Source: Ignavibacteriota bacterium (GTDB lineage: Bacteria; Bacteroidota; Ignavibacteria; UBA10030; UBA6906). Taken from it: DNA of 64,000 nt. Made by a program: the position numbers and the translations under genes. Below the pieces are notes generated by a model. The model was not told the DNA's origin and made no database searches. It was given only the letters and a program-made list of their open reading frames with translations. The stretch lies in NCBI GenBank assembly GCA_963837815.1, contig CAWIOS010000015.1, positions 129,439-193,438 on the forward strand, given 5' to 3'. Shown piece by piece: positions 58,780 to 64,000 of the stretch (position 1 is the stretch's first letter; every line of letters begins with the position of its first letter).

Positions 58780-59880
58780 TTACGGCCGGAGGAGGCGGGC
58801 GCAGGACTCGAACACGCTGTCCACCCGCAGATACTGCATGCAGTTGTTGGGGCACACGGGGGAATAATAGCACGGGCAGTCGAACTCGGGCTCGAGGATT
58901 TCGCCCAGCCCGTACAGCTCGAACTCGTGCGGGTTGAACGTATTGTTGAACAGAACGATCTTCTTCCCGAGGCCGATCGCAATGTGCATCGCCATTGTCA
59001 CCGCGGTGACGACGCAATCACACCTGTCAACGAGATTGATGAACTGGCGCAGGGGGAAATGCCCGGGGTACAGTGCCCCGCTTGCCTTTGCGATGCGCCT
59101 GTTTTTCGCGTCCTCCTGCTCCCCGCCGAGAAGGAGGGGAACATATCCGGCCTTCTTCAGCCTCCGTGCGAGAGCAATCCAGTTCCTCTCAACCCAGAGC
59201 CGCGACGTCCATCGGCCCCCGCAGCCGGTGTTCAGTCCGACGATCCTCTTCGAACGCGGCAGTTTCCACGCGTAGCCCCCGGCGGCCTGGTTGTCGAGTA
59301 TGTACCGCTCCCCGGAAAACGACATGCCGCAGATCTCGAAGATCTCCTGCTGGTAGCTCTTTGTGTTCGCGCGGCTCAGGTCGTCGAAAAGACCCGTCAG
59401 GAACTTGTGTTCGGCATCCCCGTCGACCGGCGCAGGGACGCCGTCCTTCAGGGTAAACCCCTTCTTCACCTTTGCGCTCGTCACCGCGGCGAGCGCGCAT
59501 GCCTCGGGATCTTTGTCAAGGTTGACGAGGATGTCGAATGACGTCGCCTGGAGGACAGTCATGCTCTGTGGGGTGAAGGGGAGGACAACATCCGCCGCCG
59601 GGGGGACGACCTCGGGGGTAAGCGTCAGCCACCAGATCCGGGCAGCAGGGTAACGCGCGCGGAGCGCGTGAAGAAGTGGGGTCGTGCGGATAACGTCCCC
59701 GATTGCTCCCAGTTTGATGAGGAGAATGCGGCCCGTGCGTTTCTCGTACAGGCGGCAGTCAGACCCGTCCGGTTCGACGCAGTGCACCCCCTCTTTCTTG
59801 TGCGGCGAGCAGGGGACAGTCCCCTTGAACCAGCGGCAGTCACTCTTGAGCGACCGCACGGTTGTGAGCACCCCGTCCAT
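58780..59880 (-). CDS. family-9 glycosyltransferase (heptosyltransferase-like) with Cys-rich termini
   Basis: 366 aa. The GT9 core is ILLIKLGAIGDVIRTTPLL...GLNTGCGGRW...LLLGGEQE...LVDRCDCVVTAVTMAMHIAIGLGK. The N-terminus has CRWFKGTVPCSPHKKEGVHCVEPDGSDC, and the C-terminus has CPCYYSPVCPNNC. Confidence 0.75.
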   Translation of the reverse strand: MDGVLTTVRSLKSDCRWFKGTVPCSPHKKEGVHCVEPDGSDCRLYEKRTGRILLIKLGAIGDVIRTTPLLHALRARYPAARIWWLTLTPEVVPPAADVVLPFTPQSMTVLQATSFDILVNLDKDPEACALAAVTSAKVKKGFTLKDGVPAPVDGDAEHKFLTGLFDDLSRANTKSYQQEIFEICGMSFSGERYILDNQAAGGYAWKLPRSKRIVGLNTGCGGRWTSRLWVERNWIALARRLKKAGYVPLLLGGEQEDAKNRRIAKASGALYPGHFPLRQFINLVDRCDCVVTAVTMAMHIAIGLGKKIVLFNNTFNPHEFELYGLGEILEPEFDCPCYYSPVCPNNCMQYLRVDSVFESCARLLRP

Positions 59881-59886
59881 GACGGC

Positions 59887-60954
59887 CTACTTTATGAAAT
59901 CGCGTATCTGGTACTGGGTTTCAGAAGCACGCGTCTTGCTTATCATCTCCCCCAGGAGCCCGATGGAGATGAACTGCATGCCGACGATAATACAGAGTAT
60001 CCCTCCCAGGAACAGGGGGCGGTTGCCGAGCGACGTGCGGCCGAGGTACCATTCGACGGCGAGCCAGCCGTCGATCACAAGCCCCGCACAGACCGCAACG
60101 AAGCCCCAGAAACCGAACAGATGGAGCGGGCTCTGGAGGTACCGTGTCGTGAAAAGGGCCGTCACGAGATCGAGGAAACCGCGCCAGAACCTTCCGATGC
60201 CGAACTTGCTCTTTCCGAACTTCCGGGCTCTGTGCTGGACGACGGCTTCACCCACCCGGAATCCTTCCCAGTGTGCGAGGACAGGCACGTAGCGGTGGAG
60301 CTCGCCGTACACCTTCACCGTTTTGACGACCTCGCGGCGATACGCCTTCAGGCCGCAATTGAAGTCGTGAATCGGAATCCCGGTGAGCTTTCCGGTGACG
60401 AAATTGAAGAACCGGGAGGGGATTGTCTTCGAGAGAGGGTCATGCCGCTTCTTTTTCCAGCCCGAGACGAGGTCGAGGCCGTCGTCGAGCCGTTTCTTCA
60501 GCGCAGGGATCTCCGCGGGGTCGTCCTGCAGGTCCGCGTCGAGCGTGACGACGATGTTCCCCTGGGACTTCTCAAACCCTACCGACAGTGCGGCCGATTT
60601 CCCGTAGTTCCTGCGGAAGCGTACGATCTTCACGTGCCTGTCGATCCGTTTGAGTTCGCGAAGAACCTGGAACGAGCGGTCCGTGCTCCCGTCGTCGATG
60701 AAGAGGATCTCGTAACGGAGATTCATCCGCCCGAGCGTCCCCCGGAGCTGGTTGTGGAGCTCCTTGAGCGACTCTTCTTCGTTATACAGAGGAATAACGA
60801 CGCTCAGATCGGGCCACTGGGGCTGCGGATTCCGCTGTTGCTGTGGACGCTGCTGGTTGGGGCGTCGCTGCTGGTTCTGCTGCTGCGCTGGAGCGGGGGG
60901 TGCCTCGGGTCTCTCCCGTGGCTCGGACGCAGAATCTGGTATCTGATCGCTCAT
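59887..60954 (-). CDS. second GtrB/ArnC-like polyprenyl-phosphate glycosyltransferase (GT2) with a Q/P/N-rich N-terminal tail
   Basis: ORF 59887..61029, start trimmed to MSDQIPDSASEP. It contains LSVVIPLYNEEESL, FIDDGSTDRS, VTLDADLQDDPAE and two C-terminal TM helices. This is the first gene of the glycan operon. A possible TTGATT-17-TAGTTT promoter lies at 61001..61029 on the minus strand. Confidence 0.85.
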   Translation of the reverse strand: MSDQIPDSASEPRERPEAPPAPAQQQNQQRRPNQQRPQQQRNPQPQWPDLSVVIPLYNEEESLKELHNQLRGTLGRMNLRYEILFIDDGSTDRSFQVLRELKRIDRHVKIVRFRRNYGKSAALSVGFEKSQGNIVVTLDADLQDDPAEIPALKKRLDDGLDLVSGWKKKRHDPLSKTIPSRFFNFVTGKLTGIPIHDFNCGLKAYRREVVKTVKVYGELHRYVPVLAHWEGFRVGEAVVQHRARKFGKSKFGIGRFWRGFLDLVTALFTTRYLQSPLHLFGFWGFVAVCAGLVIDGWLAVEWYLGRTSLGNRPLFLGGILCIIVGMQFISIGLLGEMISKTRASETQYQIRDFIK

Positions 60955-61041
60955 CGTGTGTGGTCCCGGGGATCGCCTGAATTTACGGACATAACAACGT
61001 AAACTAACCAATTTCGTCCTGAAAATCAACGAACCCCGGCG

Positions 61042-61070
61042 TTGACATTCGGACCACTCTTCTCTATATT
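61042..61070 (+). promoter_or_regulatory. near-consensus sigma70 promoter of rsmA
   Basis: The plus strand reads TTGACA-17 nt-TATATT in the divergent spacer between the glycan operon and rsmA. Confidence 0.55.
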
Positions 61071-61129
61071 TTCATTCTATTCGAAACCGAACAGGATCGT
61101 ATGATACCCGGCGCCCGTTTCCACCCCAT

Positions 61130-62047
61130 GTGTGTGCAAAACGCTCCGCCGGGATGCTGCCGCCCGGTAGCGGACGTCCCCCGATCGTCCGGATCCGGAC
61201 GCCGCGCCGCGTGACAACCTCTCCTACCGTGCGTCTCCGTCCCCGGAAATCACTCGGGCAGAATTTTCTGCGGGATGACAACACCGCACGGAAAATCGCC
61301 GCGGCGATCGATCCGCAGCCGGGAGACTCCATCCTGGAAATCGGTCCCGGCGAAGGGGCGCTCACCCGCCACCTTGCTGGACGGTGCCGCAGTCTGGCGG
61401 TGGTTGACGTGGACGAGCGCGCCGTGGGTGCGATGAACGCGATGTTTCCCGACGGCGTCGTCGAAGTCATTCTCGGGGACTTTTTGACGATCGATCTTCC
61501 CGCCTTCGCCGGGTGCCATCCGGGCCGGTTCCGCGTCGTGGGGAACATCCCGTACAACATCACGACCCCGATACTCTTTCACGTCCTCGACAGCCGCCGC
61601 CCCGTGCATGACCTGACGATAACGGTCCAGCGGGAGGTCGGGCGCAGGATGCTTGCCCGGCCGGGGACCGGCGAATACGGCATCCTCTCGGTCTTCTGCG
61701 GCTACTACGCGGAGGTCCACGCCCTGTTCGAGGTCTCGCCCAATGTCTTCTACCCGAAACCGGACGTGACGTCGATCGTCATGAATCTGAAGATGCTTGC
61801 CCTCCCCGTGCTCGCCGCGGACGACGACGCGTTCTTCCGGGAGATGGTCCGCTCGATATTCGGCAAGCGGCGCAAGACCCTCCGGAATTCGCTCAGGTAT
61901 TTCGCGACCCCTCGCGGCATCACGGTACCGGGACTCCCGCTGCTCCGGAAGCGTCCGGAGGAGCTCTCGCTTGCGGAGCTCGTCAATCTGAGTAACACCC
62001 TCTTCAGGTGTGCGCCCGCGGTGCACGCGGGACCCGACCGCGCATGA
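61130..62047 (+). CDS. rsmA: 16S rRNA (adenine1518/1519-N6)-dimethyltransferase
   Basis: Contains RKSLGQNFLRDDN, ILEIGPGEGALT and VVGNIPYNITTPILF. The start is uncertain: in-frame candidates are at 61130, 61154 and GTG 61211. Confidence 0.9.
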   Translation: MCAKRSAGMLPPGSGRPPIVRIRTPRRVTTSPTVRLRPRKSLGQNFLRDDNTARKIAAAIDPQPGDSILEIGPGEGALTRHLAGRCRSLAVVDVDERAVGAMNAMFPDGVVEVILGDFLTIDLPAFAGCHPGRFRVVGNIPYNITTPILFHVLDSRRPVHDLTITVQREVGRRMLARPGTGEYGILSVFCGYYAEVHALFEVSPNVFYPKPDVTSIVMNLKMLALPVLAADDDAFFREMVRSIFGKRRKTLRNSLRYFATPRGITVPGLPLLRKRPEELSLAELVNLSNTLFRCAPAVHAGPDRA

Positions 62048-63000
62048 ATCTCCGCAGGGTCACGGCGTACCTCCACAGCGCCGACGTCCTCATTATCGCA
62101 TTTTTCGCATTCCTTTCTGCAGTCAATGTCGTCTTTTCCTCACGGATCCCCCACTGGGGGCTGATGATTGCCATCAACGCGGCTGCAGCGGCCGCCATCT
62201 GCCTCCTGGGATGGGCCCGGCACAGGACCGGCTCCCCGGTTCTCGCGTTCATCCACGACTGGCATGTCGCCCCGACCGTCTTCTTTACGTTCAAAGAACT
62301 TTATTTCATGATCAAGCCTATCCACAACGGGAGGGACTATGACGACGTGCTCATCGCGGCCGACAGGTGGCTGTTCGGCGTCGATCCAACACACTGGCTC
62401 ATGCAGTTCGCCAGCCCCTGGCTGACGGAAATCCTGCAGATCGCCTACACGCTCTTCTACGTGCTCTTCCTTCTCATCGGGTTCGAGCTGTACCGCAGAG
62501 AGAACAAGGAGGCGTTCCACTACTTCATGTTCACCTGCGTGTACGGATTCTACCTTTCCTACATCGGGTACTTCTTTCTTCCCGCGGTCGGGCCCCGCTT
62601 CACCCTTCACGATTTTTCCGCGCTGAACACCGATCTCCCCGGAGTGTTCCTCACCCCGTACCTGCGGTGGTTTGTCAACTTCGGCGGCTCCGTCCCCATG
62701 GGGGTCTCCAACGCGGCGGCGATCGCGGGGACGCAGAGAGATGTGTTTCCGAGCGGTCACACGATGATGACGCTCGTCCTCATCTTCATGAGCATGCGCT
62801 TCAGGATCCGTCTCCGGTGGTTCATCGCGGTCACGGGGAGCCTTCTGATCCTGGCGACCGTCTACGAGCGGTACCATTACGTTGTCGACCTGCTCGGCGG
62901 GACCGCGTTCATGGTCCTGTGCGTCCTCACCGCCCCGCGCCTCTTCCGCCTGGCGAAAGAACGTCTCGCGACGATGGAATCGCGATTTCCCGCTGCGTAA
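62044..63000 (+). CDS. PAP2-superfamily membrane phosphatase
   Basis: ORF 62008..63000, start trimmed to MNLRRVTAYL (ATGA overlap with the rsmA stop). It is polytopic, with the motifs FPSGHT and RYHYVVDLLGG. Confidence 0.75.
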   Translation: MNLRRVTAYLHSADVLIIAFFAFLSAVNVVFSSRIPHWGLMIAINAAAAAAICLLGWARHRTGSPVLAFIHDWHVAPTVFFTFKELYFMIKPIHNGRDYDDVLIAADRWLFGVDPTHWLMQFASPWLTEILQIAYTLFYVLFLLIGFELYRRENKEAFHYFMFTCVYGFYLSYIGYFFLPAVGPRFTLHDFSALNTDLPGVFLTPYLRWFVNFGGSVPMGVSNAAAIAGTQRDVFPSGHTMMTLVLIFMSMRFRIRLRWFIAVTGSLLILATVYERYHYVVDLLGGTAFMVLCVLTAPRLFRLAKERLATMESRFPAA

Positions 63001-63004
63001 GGGC

Positions 63005-63033
63005 TTGACATTACGCCCCTCACGTTCTATAAT
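63005..63033 (+). promoter_or_regulatory. consensus sigma70 promoter of the arsR-family operon
   Basis: The plus strand reads TTGACA-17 nt-TATAAT, with both hexamers perfect. Confidence 0.65.
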
Positions 63034-63041
63034 TCGACATA

Positions 63042-63055
63042 TGAACAGTTGTTCA
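63042..63055. promoter_or_regulatory. ArsR/SmtB-type operator (TGAACA-GT-TGTTCA)
   Basis: A perfect 6-2-6 inverted repeat sits immediately downstream of the -10 box. The half-site TGAACA/TGTTCA matches the core of known SmtB/CzrA-type 12-2-12 operators. Confidence 0.6.
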
Positions 63056-63074
63056 ATTGAGACAGGATAAGACT

Positions 63075-63437
63075 ATGCGGGACCATTTGCTTCCCGACGG
63101 ACCGGGGACGGTGTTTCTCCGGCAGCGTGCGGCGGAAGAGGCCCGGAAAGCCATCCACGGCAGCGCGATCCTTCAGGGCCTTTCCCAGATATTCAAGATG
63201 CTGGGAGACGAGACGCGGCTGAAGATTTGCCTCGTCCTCGCACGGCGAGAATTGTGCGTCAGCGACGTTGCCGGGCTTGTCGGGCTCTCGGAGTCCGGCG
63301 TCTCGCACCAGCTGAGGATCATGAAGGCGATGCGGCTTGTCAAGTACCGGAAAGAGGGAAAAATGACCTTTTACATGCTCGATGATGATCACATTGAAGA
63401 CCTCATACGGCTCGGCGTCCGCCATGTCTCCGAATAG
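63075..63437 (+). CDS. ArsR/SmtB-family metalloregulatory repressor
   Basis: ORF 63057..63437 (TTG start), trimmed to ATG 63075, which follows AGGA. It contains LGDETRLKICLVLARRELCVSDVAGLVGLSESGVSHQLRIMKAMRLV (winged HTH) and a C-terminal DDDHIEDLI. Confidence 0.9.
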   Translation: MRDHLLPDGPGTVFLRQRAAEEARKAIHGSAILQGLSQIFKMLGDETRLKICLVLARRELCVSDVAGLVGLSESGVSHQLRIMKAMRLVKYRKEGKMTFYMLDDDHIEDLIRLGVRHVSE

Positions 63438-63792
63438 CGGCCGGAATTATACCGTCTCGGGCGTGTGCTGTCCCACAGAGGAAGCCGTGCTCAGGACGTC
63501 GCTCGACCCCGGGCTGGTCGCCGGCCGGTACGACTACAATCCGGTGAGCCACAAGCTCCGCGTGGAACTGGAAACTCCGGGACCGAGCATCATCGCAAGC
63601 CTCCGGGCGGCGGGATTCGTGGGGCAACAGAGCGGCGAAGAGGAATCCCGTGAGCCCTTCCTCCGCCGCCGCGCCGAGGGGATCGCCGCCGGAGGCGCGA
63701 CGCTCTGGACGGCGATCCTGGCTGACGACGGAGCCGCGCTCGTTGTGATATTCAACGCACTCAGGATACTCTCCTGCGCAGGTACCCGATGA
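63424..63792 (+). pseudogene. in-frame remnant of a P1B heavy-metal ATPase (N-terminal metal-binding domain joined to the extreme C-terminus)
   Basis: 122 codons from ATG 63424, overlapping the arsR stop. The N-terminus is YTVSGVCCPTEEAVLRTSL...KLRVE...IIASLRAAGF (ferredoxin-like HMA with a CxxEE-type site), followed by FLRRRAEGIAAGG (pre-TM1). It then runs directly into WTAILADDGAALVVIFNALRIL, the conserved last helix of CadA/ZntA-type pumps (LAVLADTGATVLVTANALRLL in E. coli ZntA, as I recall it). All catalytic motifs (CPC, DKTGT, GDGxND) are absent. Confidence 0.6.
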
Positions 63793-64000
63793 GCCTCCCT
63801 TCTTCCCACATACAGGTGCTGCGCGAGGTTCTCGGCGACAGGGAAGAGACCGAACGGTTCAATGCGGCCCATGGATTCCTTCGCTCCCGCCTCGTGGCGA
63901 CGCGGGACACGGCGATCGGCTGCGATTTCCTCTTTGCCGCGGACGCCGCCGGCGTCGGGGCGGCACTGGGGGACCTTGTCAGGGTAGAACACGAACATGG
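63789..64000 (+). CDS. hypothetical protein, 5' fragment running off the right window edge
   Basis: My own translation from ATG 63789 (ATGA overlap with the preceding stop) gives MSLPSSHIQVLREVLGDREETERFNAAHGFLRSRLVATRDTAIGCDFLFAADAAGVGAALG... The frame is open to the window end, and I recognise no family. Confidence 0.3.
   Translation, partial: MSLPSSHIQVLREVLGDREETERFNAAHGFLRSRLVATRDTAIGCDFLFAADAAGVGAALGDLVRVEHEH

Noticed and set aside
49927-61002. Long + strand ORFs inside the glycan operon (49927..51147, 52186..52890, 55453..56451, 56448..57593, 58128..58937, 59668..61002)
   Set aside because: All are antisense to recognisable minus-strand genes. Their translations are dominated by R, E, D, P and G with no motifs.
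63534-63998. 154-aa minus-strand ORF at the right edge
   Set aside because: It is antisense to the ATPase remnant and to the downstream + strand ORF that is start/stop-coupled to it. The translation is Arg/Pro-rich without motifs.
1-64000. Search for CRISPR arrays, tRNA/rRNA genes, transposases, integrases and prophage genes
   Set aside because: There are no spaced direct-repeat arrays. No intergenic segment is long or structured enough for a tRNA or rRNA. No ORF has recombinase or transposase motifs. This was checked by eye only, so a covariance-model scan (tRNAscan-SE, Infernal) would be the decisive check.

Overview
GC-rich bacterial chromosomal window with about 60 protein genes. I found no rRNA, tRNA, CRISPR array, transposase or integrase. 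Gene content and local synteny point to a diderm of the FCB group (relatives of Ignavibacteria, Chlorobi and Bacteroidota). The supporting synteny is a SurA/PpiD cluster, miaB-SPOR-sigma54 activator-lptE, etfB-etfA-bifunctional nuclease, and gmk-rpoZ-coaBC. However, the intergenic regions carry classical TTGACA-17-TATAAT type promoters and GGAGG ribosome-binding sites. Positions 1-39.1 kb are mostly housekeeping genes: chaperones, transsulfuration, panE, an RqcH-like gene, yicC-gmk-rpoZ-coaBC-udg-dnaB, a TonB-like gene, a cdd-permease-AmrS operon, a LiaF-like/HK/LytTR module, pepN, nfo, pta, miaB, lptE, rpsT, etfBA, pdxJ and ybbR. Three regions stand out. (1) 39.15-40.06 kb holds an orphan pair of BMC-H microcompartment shell genes behind a consensus promoter, with no pentamer or cargo enzyme in the window. 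One of the two is fused to an acidic linker plus a Rho_N/HeH-like domain. (2) 40.1-61.0 kb is a roughly 21 kb, 17-gene, single-strand glycan operon. It encodes two GtrB-like/YfhO-like pairs, two MOP flippases, gmd, a sugar C-methyltransferase, three or four SAM methyltransferases, and GT1/2/4/9 enzymes. Four of its genes are broken by about ten single-base frameshifts, while I saw none outside the locus. (3) 63.0-63.8 kb holds a consensus promoter, a TGAACA-GT-TGTTCA operator and an ArsR/SmtB repressor. These are followed by a 122-codon in-frame remnant of a P1B heavy-metal ATPase that keeps only the N-terminal metal-binding domain and the extreme C-terminus. All functional calls rest on my reading of the translated ORFs and motifs; no database search was run.
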